Below, piece by piece: positions 26,920 to 40,155 of a stretch of 64,000 nucleotides of DNA. Both the position numbers and the translations under genes were made by a program. The stretch's first letter is position 1, and each line of letters starts with the position of its first letter. Origin of the DNA: Lama guanicoe (Eukaryota). The stretch lies in the NCBI GenBank assembly GCA_013239625.1, contig MU054323.1:10757186-10821185 (forward strand), given 5' to 3'. The notes under the pieces are model-generated. The model made no database searches. It was not told the origin of the DNA and was given only the letters and a program-made list of their open reading frames with translations.

Positions 26920-29852
26920 TTTCTTTTGGTCAAGATAGAATAACTGGTATAGAGCGATATGTCCTAATGAAAATACTTACAAAACCAGAAAAATATATAT
27001 GAAATCATTATTTTTAGACATTGGATAGCAAGTCTGTGATCTCTGAGAAAAGAGCAACAGATGAGATGGGCCATACAATTAACCCAGTTTTCTATCTGGA
27101 GGCACTTGCGGACTGTGGCACAAGGTGATGGAACCCAAACATGATCTTTCTGAGCCCAATATACAGATATTGAGGTTCAGGGTACTGAAGTGGCTGGAAG
27201 TTGTGGGATATGGTACCAGAAAGAAGGGAACTATGCAAAGAAGGTGATTCACAAATCTACATAGACATCTCCATGAATCTTTGGCTTAACACTACACTGC
27301 ATGTGTGCTGGAAAGATCTGCACAGGGTCAGGAAAATAACATCTACCAGAGAAACAAAAATTACCAGAGGATAACTGTTCCTTTAATTACTACAGATTGT
27401 ATTCCAACCTACTTAATATTGCACAGGACTGGGAAATATTAGAGGTCTCACCAACCACGGTGGAAAATCCTCAATTAATTCAGTACAGACCCCAGAAAGT
27501 CCATGCCTTAACAGTGGGACCAAGTTAGCCTTAGGTTAAAGGTCCTCACTAAGAAAGTTTAAAAACAAGCCTCAAAAGGATTGAACTGATTCAGGAGTAA
27601 ATTAATTGCCCACCAGAACAAAATTCAACTATCTATTAAGGAAGTCAACAAAATTCAGCAGTCAATGACATAGCATCAATAATGTCCAGTAAATAATTAA
27701 AAATTATCAGATAGGCGAAGAAGCAAGAAAATGTGATCCACCACCAGGAGAAAAGTTAGTAGTGGAAACATATCAGAAACAATAGAGAAGAATAAATTAG
27801 CAATGACTTTAAAATAGGTATTATAAATTTGTTCAAAGATTTAAAGGAAAATAAAAATTTAATGAGGAAACAAAGAAGAAGCCACAATAGAGAAATGGAA
27901 AGTGAAAAAAGAACCAAATGGCAATTCTAGAATAGAGAAATACAATAAGCAAAATGAAAATTTCACTGGATGGACTTAGAAAGATGACACTGCAGAAGAA
28001 AAGATCAGTGAATTTGAAAACCGGGCAATATGAACTATCGAAACTGAAAAAATAGAATAACAAAACAAACAGCCAACCCAATCCAAAAATGTGCAGAAGA
28101 CCTAAACAAGCAATTCTCCAGTAAACACATACAAATGGCCAATAGGCACTTTAAAAAAATGCTCAATATCACTAGTTATCAGAGAAATGCAAATGAAAAC
28201 TACAGTGAGGTATCACTTCACATCAGTCAGAATGGCCATCATTCAAAAGCCCACAAATAATAACTGCTGTAGAGGGTGTGGAGAAAAGGGAACCCTCCTA
28301 CACTGTTGGTGGGAATGTAGTTTGGTGCAGCCATTACGGAAATCAGTATGGCGATTCCTCAAAAAACTAAAAATAGACGTACCATGTGACCTAGCAATCC
28401 CACTCCTGGGCATATTATCTGGAGGGAACTCTAATTTGAAAACCTACATGCACCCCAATGTTCACAGTAACACTATATATAACAGTCAAGACATGAAAAC
28501 AACCTGAATGTCCATCAACAAATGACTGGATAGAAGTTGTGGTATATGTGTGTGTGTGTGTGTGTGTGTGCGCGTGTGTGTGTATGTAATATATATTATG
28601 TATATATATATATATATATAATATATACATAATACATAATACACATAATATATATATAATGGAATGCTACTCAAGCATAAAAAAGAATAAAATAATGTCA
28701 TTTGCAGCAACATGGATGGACCTAGAGATCATCATTCTAAGTGAAGTAAGCCAGAAAGAGAAAGAAAAATACAGTATGATATCACTTGTATCATAAAAAA
28801 AAAAGAAAAGAGGACACTAATAAACTCATCTATAAAACAGAAACAGACTTGCAGACACAGTTAACAATCTTATTTGGTTACTGGGGGAAAGAAGGTGGGA
28901 AGGGATAAATTTGGGAGTGTGAGATATGCAAATGTTAGCCACTATATATAAAAATAAGATTAAAAAAATTTTCTTCTGTATAGCACAGGGAACTATATTC
29001 AATATCTTATAATAACCTTTAATGAAAAAGAATATGAAAATGAACATACGTATGTATATGCATGACTGGAACATTGTGCTGTACACCAGAAACTGACACC
29101 TTGTAACTGACTATACTTCAATAAAAAAAGTAGAGAGAAATAGAAAAGGATGGTAAGAAAAAATGAACAGTGCCTCAGTGATCTATGGGAAAATATTAAG
29201 TAGTATAACATACATGTTATAGGCCTAACAGAAAGAGAGGAAAGGCTGGATCAGGAAAAAATGTTTGAAAAAATAAGAATGAAAAAATTTTCAAGTTTGA
29301 TTGAAAAAGAACAAATTTATAGATCCTAAGAAGTTCAATGAACCCTAAGAAATACATAAAGAAGGCTACACCAGGGCACATCATAATCAAATTGCTAAAA
29401 ATTAATGATAGATAAAAATTTGCATAAGAATGTACATAGGAACTTTATTTATAATAGCTCCAACCTGTAAGTAACTCAAATTTCCATCAACAGAAGAATA
29501 TGTAGAGTTTTTAATATAATTATACAATGGAATATTATTCATCAATAAAAAGGAACAAACTGATACACACAACATTTGTGAATTTCATAGATATTATGCT
29601 AAATGAAAGAAGCCAGACACAAAAGAACATGTATTGTATCATCCCATTTATATGAAGTTCTAGAACAGGCAAATTGAATCCATGTGAAGGAAATATGACT
29701 GGTTGCCTCTGCAGGAGGGATTACTGGCACAGGGCACAAAGGGTCTTTCTCTGATGATGATAATGTACATGATAGGAATAAAGGTTATACAGGTGCATGC
29801 AACTGTCAAAATTAATCTTACTGTACACTAAAGATATGTGCATCTCATGGTG

Positions 29853-29887
<35 letters not shown>

Positions 29888-29915
29888 CTTAAGTAAAAAA
29901 TTTTTAAAAAAAGAA
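26920..29915 (+). mobile_element. Ancient L1M (L1MD/ME-like): 5'UTR, partial ORF1 and 3' end, interrupted by a younger L1
   Basis: 5' TTCTTTTGGTCAAGATAGA start; ORF1-like sequence at ~27700-28055 and ~29130-29419; L1ME-like 3' end at 29420-29900 with (CA)n and an A tail. Confidence 0.75.
28056..29129 (+). mobile_element. 5'-truncated LINE-1 (ORF2 C-terminus + 3'UTR) nested in the older L1 ORF1
   Basis: ORF 28187-28507 has the Cys motif (CCRGC..HCWWEC); 3'UTR ends GACTATACTTCAATAAAAAAA; host ORF1 resumes after 29130; internal (TG)n/(TA)n at 28547-28660. Confidence 0.92.
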
Positions 29916-30779
29916 AATCAACACCTCTGTATATGTGGTCAATAATATACTTTTATTTCTGAAGTACATGCTGGTATCACTTTACCACCCCAAATGATTT
30001 CCATATGTGCCTATGGATGCCTGAAATTCCAAGTCATTTCTCTTGACACTCTATGCCTCTTCAAAAATCAAATAGCTCTTAAATGAGGTCACACTAAAAA
30101 CCATTTGCTCCTTATTATATATTAGTTTATCAGCTCCTTTTCAAGAATATATTTTTGTGGTGATGGCTGGGTAAATACCATGGGGCTCACAGGAGATAGT
30201 TTTTCTTGTGTGTTCTAATTTTTCCTCAATAAAGGAAGGGTTTTTTTTTTAAGTAAATGAAGATCCTGGATGACTAGGAAGGGTGGAAGGCCCCAGCAAG
30301 ATGGAAAACTGGCAGAGGAAAAAGTAGCTGAGAATTCCAGAAGACAAATTTCATCATCTTCAAGATTTCAAGACCAGCAATTTCAAGACCAATTCAGACC
30401 AGCAAAGCATTAGAATAATTGAGGCAATTTCCTACACAGAGAGACATGGCAAGATATTTTTATGGAAATTTCAAAGTCAGAATGAATACATTAAGTAGAT
30501 CACAACATGAGCGTTTTGTTCAAGGCAAAATGAATGTCTCATCATTCTAAGCACTTGCCACATTCTCTCTTGCTTCCCTCTCTCTGTGTTCCTCTAGAAT
30601 GATCTTTTCCTTATGTCTGCCAAAGGAAAATCCTCTCATCCTTTAAGTGACTAAAAGGTCATTCCCTAAAAGCCCTTTGTTAAGTGCTCCCTCCTCTGAA
30701 CTTCCATGGTTTCCAGTGTCTATCTTGTGAAATCTAGTATGGCTTGGCACTGTGAATCTCTATAATAATAATGATGATG

Positions 30780-30960
30780 CCAATAACAACCACCATGTAT
30801 TGTGAGTTTACTACATGCTACTCACTGTGCTTTACATACATCAGCTCATGTAATCCCTATAGCCACTCTTTGAGGTATGTAGGCAGCATTAACTTGATTT
30901 ACACAAGAGGAAGCCAAGGCTTAGAAAAGCCAAATAACTTTTGTTCTTAACCACTATACT
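30780..30960 (-). mobile_element. MIR SINE relic
   Basis: TGTGCTTTACATACATCAGCTCATGTAATCC..TTTACACAAGAGGAAGCCAAGGC. Confidence 0.7.
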
Positions 30961-31039
30961 ACCTCCTTGACATCCATGTCTCATTTATCCTAAACAAAAA
31001 AACCTCAAATCTATGTATCTCTATCTCTATATTACTTAC

Positions 31040-31175
31040 TATGTGACAGGCAGAGCGTTAAGCTTTCCTTGAAGAGAGGGACTATGGCTTGCACATCTTT
31101 GTATTGCTTCTTGCATCTAACGTGGTGTCTGGAAAATAGGTACATTTCAACATATGTTTGAAGGAATGGATAGAT
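31040..31175 (+). mobile_element. L2 LINE 3' end
   Basis: CCTTGAAGAGAGGGACTAT..CATCTTTGTATT..TATGTTTGAAGGAATGGA. Confidence 0.7.
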
Positions 31176-31619
31176 AGACAAGCCCATTACAAGACTCTAG
31201 CTCTTTTCCTAACTCAAAAATTTGTATTCCTAGCATCTCAAGCCACTGAAATGAATGAATAAATGAATGGGTACAAAAAAAATCTTAGTTTCTACTTCAA
31301 ACAGAGTCTCAATAGTGACTACAAAACACATGGATTAGTAGTATCTTGAACTCTCTTTCAGTTCTAAGATCTGCAAATCTAGTGCCTGTTCCTCTGCACT
31401 TCAGAAATACTTCTTTTCTAATTTATTTTCTGTTAAAAGAAGACCACACACACATACACACACACACAAACTATGGCTATAATGTGGTTTGTATGAGATC
31501 TTAAGTTCAGGAAAGAAAAGACTCAACCTATTCATACATACTATGTCACTAAGTTAGGACCATGTGAGGTAGTGCATCTATTAATAAATGAACACTTGTG
31601 TGACACATTGCAATAGGCA

Positions 31620-31790
31620 AAGTACTTCTGTTGCAATATCTTATCTGACTTTCACACTTCGGAGCAGGCAAGGAAATTTGTATTATCCCAACTTTACAGA
31701 TGAAGGGACTGAGACTCAGAGAAGCAATGTGATCAATTAGCTAATAAAGTCCAGATCTCAATCTAAGTCTTTTGTCTATAGTTAATATTC
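31620..31790 (-). mobile_element. MIR SINE relic
   Basis: TTATCCCAACTTTACAGATGAAGGGACTGAGACTCAGAGA. Confidence 0.75.
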
Positions 31791-34629
31791 TCTTTCACCT
31801 GCACAATACTGTCTCTAGCTCAGTGATCACTGAAGACTGAATTTCTTATTCAAACTATTCTGCTAACTATGTAACAGGACCATTTTGTTAGGCCAGTGTT
31901 GGGGGACAGAATTAACCTTCTTGCTTTTGGGTAAGCCATGTTTTCTCAGATTGTTCCTGAATGTGGTTCCCATAAGTTATAGTAATATAAGGTTATACTT
32001 TAAAAGGTCTTATAAAGCCAGACTCTCACTATCTCAGTATGATCCCATCATTTTCTTTAGGTAGGCAAACTGAGGCCTAGATAAATTAAGTGATTTTTTT
32101 CCTAGATAACATAATTCACAGAATCAAAGCTTTAACCTATCCAGTATACTGTATACATACTGTATACAAGCTAATCTAATCTGAGCTCCCTCCAATATAG
32201 CAACTAATTCTATTGCATTCATGGAAGGTACTCCTCCATTCGTGCATTTACAATCTAAATCCAATTCTATCACTTTATGTGTTAGGTAAGCATAATAATC
32301 ATTGCCATAGTTGAACTTCTCCATGTGAGGCCCACCCAGTTTTGCTCAGTGTTCTTGGGAGCCCTCTATTGGCCTTCTGGGGAATAGCAGGCAGCCTCTG
32401 CTGGGGGCTGTGCTTAGTGAGGCGCCAGGGAACTGTACTGAGCAACCAGCCTAGTCAGTACAGCCCAGCCAGCGCTGCTCATTTCAGGGCCATCTGCAAC
32501 ACAATACAGGGTGAAGAAATCGGTATTTGCCAAATTGAAACTGGCAGACTTGGCAGTGAAATAAACTTCCATTTTTTTCAGCTTCCAAAAATATCCATCA
32601 AAACTAATTTCTCTAAAAACAAAATTCTGCTTTGAATCAAGGGCTTATCTGGCCCTTCTTCATGAAAATTCAGCCAGCAACCATTCCTTCACTCTCATCC
32701 CACCTCCTCCCCACTCTTACCCAGTCATGGTGTACAGTGTGATGACATGGAGGTTGTGTAGGTCACATACCTCCAAAAAACTAACTTTCCCTCCTTTCTT
32801 CCTCCCTTCAGCTTTCTCTTTCCCCCTTTCTCCTTCCTACTCTTCTTCCTTACTCTTTCCCTCCCTCCATCTCTTTCTCTCTTTATTCTAACAAATTTTT
32901 ATCAGAAGCTAGAAAAATGATTATGAATTGAAACCTGCCTCAAGGCATTTATAATCTGATAGGGAAAACATGACAGGTGTATTTATGACTACTTGAAAAA
33001 GAAAAATATACTAAGAACCCCAAGAGAGGTTCTAGTGAGATAGGCTCTTGTGGTTGCAATGAGCTATCCCAAGTAATAAGTGATTTATTGGAAGGGTACC
33101 TGAGCACAAGAACTCAAGAAGAGCCCTACCATCACACCTCAGAAAAAGCCGAAATTGGAGAGTGAATCTGAACCAGCGGGTGTTTTAGGAGCTCACTGAC
33201 ATCACTCTAGTGCTCCACCAGGGTGCACCGATACCTCCTGTGTGTATGTCTGTTTCTGTTTTTTGTGTTTTTTCTCACATAACAATGGACTTTCCCACCC
33301 ACCACACCACACAGTTACCAGTCAACTCTCCAAGGATAGACACTCACGATTCTTGGGTAGGGCAGCTGTGGTCAAGTGGCAGTAAGGGCTCTGGATACTT
33401 CTGATGACAATAGGCCAAAAGCTGATTATCACCATTCTCCAGGCCTCCACAGCATGAACCAAACATTGAGACTAGACATGTGTAGGGGAGGGAGAGAAGG
33501 TGAGACGGCATTGAGCAGGCAGGGCTCATTTCTATGACAGCAGCTCTGCCAAGTGCTATATTTGGCTGTGCAGTCTCAACAACAAGAGCTCTCAGTTCTG
33601 AGCACCTGGGACTGAGGAAACATCCCTTCTCACACCTAGTTCTATCCAAACTCCTCTCATGGAGGTGGGGAAGTAGGTTGCATCTAGAGAACTATGGGCT
33701 AGAAGTCCATAGATGGGTGATGGGATGCTGAGGGGAAGGGAAATTTTTAGCAAATGTTCTTAGCATTAAGGGCAAAGGAAATGAGAAAACAGAAGGCCTA
33801 TGGCTTCTCCCCTCTTGTTAGGCTAGGTTCACAATCTCTCCTCTACACTGTGTTAAGTCCCCAGGACATAGCTTGAACAGGTGGCAAGGGAAGGGTAAAC
33901 AGGTAAAGATGATTGGATGAGAAAGATATTAGGACTTGATATTTGAGTAATACTGGCATTATGAGGTCATACTGGTGGAGAGAAGGGGTATGGCACTGGG
34001 GCTGGGTAGGATGAAGGGCTTGTTCACTAGAAGGGCTCTTAGCACACCACCACCATACAGAGTTGGTTTCAACTATGAATTGGAATTACTGGAGTGAAAC
34101 GGTGCCCTACTTTGCACCCACTCCCACACACCAGGTACACATATACACACACAATTTCCTCCAAGAGTTGTGTATGTGTGTGTGTGTATGCAACTTCTTA
34201 AGATATCCATGCGAGTGCCAGAAAAAAAAAGGAGAGAAGGAGGAAGAAATGAGAGAAAAAGGGAAAGAACGAAGGAAAGAAGGAAGGAAGGAAGGAAAGG
34301 TCAATGTGATTGTGTGGATGGCTGCTGACAGATGTGGTTATCATATACTCCTACAGCCTAAGGATGGGTAGAGTAAAATCCAAGTTCTGCCTGTAGATTT
34401 ATTCATTGAGGGAAATTTATATTGTAGAGACCTGACCAACAGCTTTGTAAAGACTGATGTGCTCACTGATTTACCTAGAGAAGGACAAAAACTCACATCA
34501 CTTGTCAGTATAATGGACAGAAGCAAAAATTGTCACTTTTCAAAACCAGAAGCTAACAGAAGTCCTGAGACCACTGAATGTGCTGCCTTGAGATACAGTG
34601 CACACTGGTGACCAAAGACCATCCCTTCA

Positions 34630-35200
34630 TCCCCACATAGTTACCACAAAGTACCTACTGTGTGCCAAGCACATCATTAGGCACCAAAGACCCAGTCCTT
34701 GCCTCATAAAGCTCACTGTCTAGTAAGACATCACTCAATTAATCTTACAAAGAGAGATAAAACTCAATTGTAACAGTCACTTTTAAAGGAAACATCCACA
34801 AGTGTTATGAGAACATAGAATGGACAATCTGATATATAGTAGTTGATAAAGGAGGTTAAGGAAAGCTTGAGGAAGTAACCCCTGAACTGTCTGAAGGAAA
34901 AGAAGGATTCATCTGGGCAACTGTGAAAAAAGAACATGTTAGATAATGGGAGCAGCATATGCGAAGGCATTGTGGAAAGGAGAAGCATGATAAACATAAG
35001 AAACCTCAACAGGGCAACAGCATGACTAAATGGGCAGCAAATGGTAGCACAGAGAATGAGCAGTGCCAGATGAGGGCAGCAGGGAGCAGGGACAGATCAT
35101 GCAGGGCCATGTGTGCCATTTTAAAGAACGTTTTTAGTTTATTCTAAGAATAAAGGGAGTCAATTAAGGGTATTTAAATGGGTACTGAAGAAAAGGTTAC
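34630..35200 (-). mobile_element. L2 LINE 3' part
   Basis: ACCTACTGTGTGCCAAGCAC..CAGTCCTTGCCTCATAAAGCTCAC..CAGATCATGCAGGGCC..TTTATTCTAAG. Confidence 0.8.
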
Positions 35201-35616
35201 TGAATGTATTATAGATAAGCAACATAAAAACGCTTGTAAACCTCTGACATTGTAGGTGAAATGTTATCTGAATATCCACCTGTGCTTCTTCTCCAGGATT
35301 AAGGCCCACAGCTGTCATTAGAGTCCCAAAGAGGTCCACGACCCACCAAAGGTTAGAATCATTGTCCTGGTTCTTATTGGGAAAGTGAACTAGATGATTT
35401 CTCACTAGGGTTCCTTCTATCTCTAAGATTCATAAGCCTAAGACCAACCATGAGTCATCCAAGTGACTGACAAACTAAGGTTCACTATCACTAGCAGGGA
35501 AATTAGAGCTCAACATTAGAAAATATGGGTTTGATGTTGCTGCATCAGAATAGAGCAAAGGATATAGTCATCTCCCCCCCGATTTCTCCCTCTGTCTATT
35601 TGTCTCTCTGTCTCTC

Positions 35617-35618
<2 letters not shown>

Positions 35619-35647
<29 letters not shown>
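35619..35647. repeat. (CA)n microsatellite
   Basis: Read directly. Confidence 0.95.
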
Positions 35648-35650
<3 letters not shown>

Positions 35651-36329
35651 GCTGCCCATCCCAAGGAAAAGCCCCTCATAGGCTGTGGATATCAAAGACT
35701 GGCATTGGGGTTCCCATGGCTGTCGTCTAAGACCCAAGGGCATTTTCATAACCAGCTCAGTCACAGCTAAGTCTGGGGGTGGATTATGAATGCATGCCTA
35801 CTTACTTCCTCTCTCCAGGCCCTCCGCTGTCCTGCTAGCAAAGTGAAAATACAGCAAACAGATCAGAGCCAACAAAGACACAGTTGACACTCCATGATTT
35901 GAGTCACTGAAGGGGATCATCAGCATGAGCAATCATGCACACAAGTGGTGAATCATCCACCCTGGGATCCTGGGGCTGATGCTACTGATGCCTCAGGCTT
36001 ATGCAAACCCCAGCTTTTACTTCAGCAGTGATTCCCAAAGGGTGTTCCAAGGTATCTTAATTCTAGGGCATGTTAATAGGAATTCTGAAAATAAGTAAGA
36101 TTCCGTGCTCAAGTAAGCTTGGGATACTTTGGATTACAAAAGGTGAAACGGATGTCTTTGCTGCAAGACTCCTCCAACCCTTAATGGCATCTTTTCAACC
36201 CTGGAAAAGGAAATCTGGTTTACAACTTCCCAAAACTTTAAAAAGATTTTCCCAGGAGGCTTTGGTTGAGGAGCATCTCACAGAATCTGTGCTCCAAGGC
36301 AGATTTTGGGAAATTTGGCTTTCCAAATT

Positions 36330-36645
36330 CTCTTAAAATGCCTTGTGCCCTCGTTCATGCCAGGGCTCTTTTTAAAACAATGTATAGCCCTTATTTCTCA
36401 TTCAAAGCTCATATTAAATCCTACCTCATGAAGGAAGACTTCGCCAATGGTCCAGTCTACTTTTAGTGCTTATAGGCTAGGTTATACATTTTGGCTCATG
36501 ATTGAAAGAAATTTAATTTAGTACTTGGGAATGTGATATCTTATGTTCCATGGTCTGACCCAGCCAGTCTTTTCTATTTTATTTTCTTCACAATACTTAT
36601 CACTATGTAAAATTGCCTTGCCCCCCTCTCTCTCCCTCTCTCCCT

Positions 36646-36695
<50 letters not shown>

Positions 36696-36832
36696 GTGTA
36701 TGTTCATTGTCCGTCTTCCCCTCTAGAATACGAAAACAAAAACTCCATGAAAACAAAAACTTTCTCTTGTATTCATCTATCACCTAGAACCTGGTACATA
36801 GTAGGGATATAAATATTTGTTCAATGAGTGAC
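36330..36832 (+). mobile_element. L2 LINE 3' part containing a (CT)n(AT)n microsatellite (36622-36695)
   Basis: Ends CCTAGAACCTGGTACATAGTAGG..AAATATTTGTTCAATGAGTGA. Confidence 0.75.
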
Positions 36833-37539
36833 TGCTTTCAATGACAGACTTATAGCTTTTGTCCCATAAATATTGTAATCCGCTTGAAGGCAGAGACTCT
36901 ATGTCGGTGCAGTACAGTAGAAAAAGAGTGAAGATAAGCGAGAGGAAGCCTGGATTCAATCATAATCCTGCCACTGTGTCCCCCTAAGGAAGGCTCCTGA
37001 CCTGTCTGTGCTGCTTTTCCTCCTTCTGCACAGCAACTCACCATTATACAACTACACCCAACTCAGAGTCAGCACACAAAAGGTCACGGAGTGATTGAAT
37101 AAATACTTATCATACTTACTACTCAGTGAGTGCCCCATAAATACTTATTGAAATAAAACAGTAGTATATTATATTTTTTGTTTATATGGTGGGGGGAATA
37201 TAATCCTTTGGCAAAAAGAAATAGGCATTTACTGTAAGTATTACTGAATTTTACTGACACATATGTTGGTGTTCAAAGATCTATGCTGCTCCATATTTAG
37301 ACTCTCTTAGTCTATTCTGGTGAAGGGCTTCCTTTCTCTACCCATAGTCTTCTGAGTGGACCAAGACCCACCTCCTCTCCCTGGCATTAAAGGACATTTG
37401 ACACTGCAAGAAAGGAATGCCATTTGCTCTGGAGTCTGTCAGAGGTTGGGCAACCTCCTCACTGGGTAGAAGTACTACTTCTAACACTGCTGCTGCTGCT
37501 GGTAGTAGTCATTATCGCCGTCAGCGCCGTGGTAATCGT

Positions 37540-37750
37540 AGATATCACTTTTTGAGAGTATATTATGCTCCAGACACTATGTGAATCTCTTCATATGTGT
37601 CATTTAACCATCAGAAGAATTCCAAGAGATAGGTTTTATTAGTATTCCCATTTTACAGATAAGGAAATGAAGTGCAGAAAAAAAATCATTTGCTCCAAGA
37701 TTTATAAGCAGGGTAGCCTGCCTCTAGAACCAGACTCTTGCTGGGCTGTA
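37540..37750 (-). mobile_element. MIR SINE
   Basis: TATTCCCATTTTACAGATAAGGAAATGAAG core. Confidence 0.8.
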
Positions 37751-38547
37751 AAGCCTGTAAATACACGTGAAGGGAATAGGAGTAGAAACAGCTCTGATGC
37801 CCTTGCCATCTCCCCTGTGGGGAAACATGGGAAGAGAAGCAGGGTGGCCCCATCAGCTGAAGCACAGGGAAGAATCTCACTGCAGGTTGGATGTGGTTTA
37901 GAAATTGCCAGGAGAAGCCCTGGTTCCAGGGGTTCTCTCCCCTCTCTGCAGGGCCTCAGCATTCCCTTATGAATAGTTATCCCCCATTCAGAGGTGAACA
38001 TAATAAGCTGCTCACCACACAGTTGGCAAAATACTAGTGAGAAAGCTGGGGGAGGGAATGGGGGGGCGCAGGATATGTTGACGAGGACCTCTGGAAGTCT
38101 GCTCCTATCCCCACTGGAGCTGAAACTTTGCCAGCAGCCCAAGGAGCTGAACAAATGCTCCAGGAGCCCTGAGCTACAAGGAAACCAACAGGGGATTTTA
38201 ATTAAAAGCAACTTGCTGATCAGGTACATACTTAATGTTATAATTACCCAGTGATGACAGCAGCATGAAGTACAAGCGAGCAGGAAGTACTGACCAAGCA
38301 ATTTTAAAAGGTTGGTCTAATGCTCTTCATTTTTCACTAAAGCCTAAATTGAGTTTGTGCTTTCAGGGAATAATGAAAAAGACAGAAAGGTGAATGACAA
38401 TCCAGCTCCAAGCACCCCAGACTGAAAAAAAAAAAGAGTTAATTTTTCTCTGAAGCCAAATAATGACATTCATTCATTCACTTATCAAATTGTATAGAAT
38501 AGCTGTTTTGTGCCAGGCACTGTGCTCAATGGTGGAAATATGGGTTG

Positions 38548-38681
38548 AGGGGGAGGAAGGGGGGAAGAGGAGAGGAGAAAAGGAGGGAGGAGGAAGAGGG
38601 AGGAAGGAAAGACAGAAGGAGGCGTAGGAGGAAGAAAAGGAAGAGGAGGAGGAGGGAGAAGAGAAGAGGAGAAAAAGAAAG
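38548..38681. repeat. Polypurine (G/A) low-complexity tract
   Basis: About 130 nt of almost only G/A, lying inside an L2-like relic. Confidence 0.9.
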
Positions 38682-39919
38682 TCTTGCCTTAGATGAGCTC
38701 ATTGTCTCATGGAGGAGACAGACTCCTGGCTCCAAAACTACAGGCTCAGCTCAGGAGCCAACTGGATTTAAATCCCTCCGTAAGTAGCAGGGATTTCCAA
38801 GTCTCCAAGAACTGTCCTCTTGGCTGCTGGCAAAGCTGGGTATGCAGCTGCCAGGATCCCTGGGGGCCCAGAGGCAGCGGGCATGAGTGTGCCTTAGTGC
38901 CCCAGGGTGAGGGAAGGAGGAAGCTTTTCTTCCCAGCCAACTCAGCAATACAGTGGGACCTCAATTCTGAAGTCTGTGCAAAATGAAAAAACTGCATAGA
39001 GTCAAAACTGTGCTTGAAAATCTCTTAAATTATCTATAAAGTGAAGCACACGTGCTTTGCTTCATGTTTACAACCTGGTTCAGAATGGGTTTTTCACAAG
39101 CTGGTTTAAGAACCACTAAGCAGACTTACAGGGAGGAAGGAAAGGAACATCTCTATGCAGATGATGGGCTTTCAAACCATATGGTCTTCAAGATAATTAT
39201 TGAATTGCTGGTGGTGAAAGAGGGATGAGTAGAGAATTCTAAAGTGCTTCTCGTAGCCCATAGGGCTTTCTGCATAGTGTTTTAATACCCAGCCTTAGTA
39301 AGTGTTAATGGATTTGTTTGTTGTCCAGAGGGTTCCCCAGGATGGGAAGAGAAATTTAAACTCTCAGGTCTGTGGGGAGGGAAAGGCTCAAGCAGATCTT
39401 GGATCTGAGCTCCCCGTAGCTAAGATTCTGCAAAAAGTGCAGGAGGATGAGATGGGACAGTCTCTCCAAAGGGAGGCCAGTCCTGGGGGCCGTGGGCAGA
39501 AGCTGACTCATGGGGAGGGAAACTGAGTTCACAGGAAGTGCAGAAGCCAGGACCACAGAGATCTGGCCACCAGAGAGCCAAGCAGCAGCCAAGCCACAGA
39601 GACCCTGGAGTGGGCAGTATGAAATCAGGCAGCTCTTGGTGGATTGACACGCTACAACATCCTCCTGGAGTGTGTCTTCCAAGTACAGCCAGGATATGTC
39701 TACTCTCCCCATGGTCCTACCACCTCTGGCAGCCTCCCAGGACCTCCATCATTCCCATCCCCATGCCCACCCTAGGAGGGTGCTCAGGTTGGACCTCCTA
39801 TCTCACAGGACCTTTTCCACCTGCATAAGCATCACCCCAACTTGAAGGTCCAACCCAAACCCCACCTCCCCGGAAGGGCCACACAGCCCTTACTGCTGGC
39901 TATGCTCATTTGACACCAG

Positions 39920-40155
39920 CTGTGTGGCAGTGAAGAGCATGGATCTGAGCTTGATCTGCTAGCTTTGAATGTTACCTATGACACACTCATGAGTCATGAG
40001 TATAGGCCTGGCACATGACTTAGGTCAGCTGTGCCTCAACTTCCCATCCATACATGGGGGCAAGAAGAGTAATTATGCCACAGAGTTGTGTAAGAATTAT
40101 AGGAGGCAAGGGATGTAAAGCACCTGTTAGGCACCTGGCACAGAGCGAAGTGCTG
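39920..40155 (+). mobile_element. MIR SINE
   Basis: GTGAAGAGCATGG..TGTGCCTCAACTTCC..GTAAAGCAC..CCTGGCACA. Confidence 0.7.

Noticed and set aside
30361..30404. Short repeats (TTTCAAGACCA) as a CRISPR-like array
   Set aside because: Two to three short degenerate units with no regular spacers; ordinary slippage in a eukaryotic genome
32433..32443. Similarity to miR-486-5p (CTGTACTGAGC)
   Set aside because: Only 11 nt shared; the seed start and the rest of the precursor differ
38251..38293. C/D box snoRNA (GTGATGA ... CTGA)
   Set aside because: Only 43 nt from box C to box D and no convincing terminal stem
37702..38301. 199-aa minus-strand ORF, the longest non-L1 ORF
   Set aside because: Non-ATG start, no recognisable domain, and it ends inside a MIR
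38545..38787. Arg/Glu/Lys-rich protamine-like ORF
   Set aside because: Translation of a polypurine low-complexity tract
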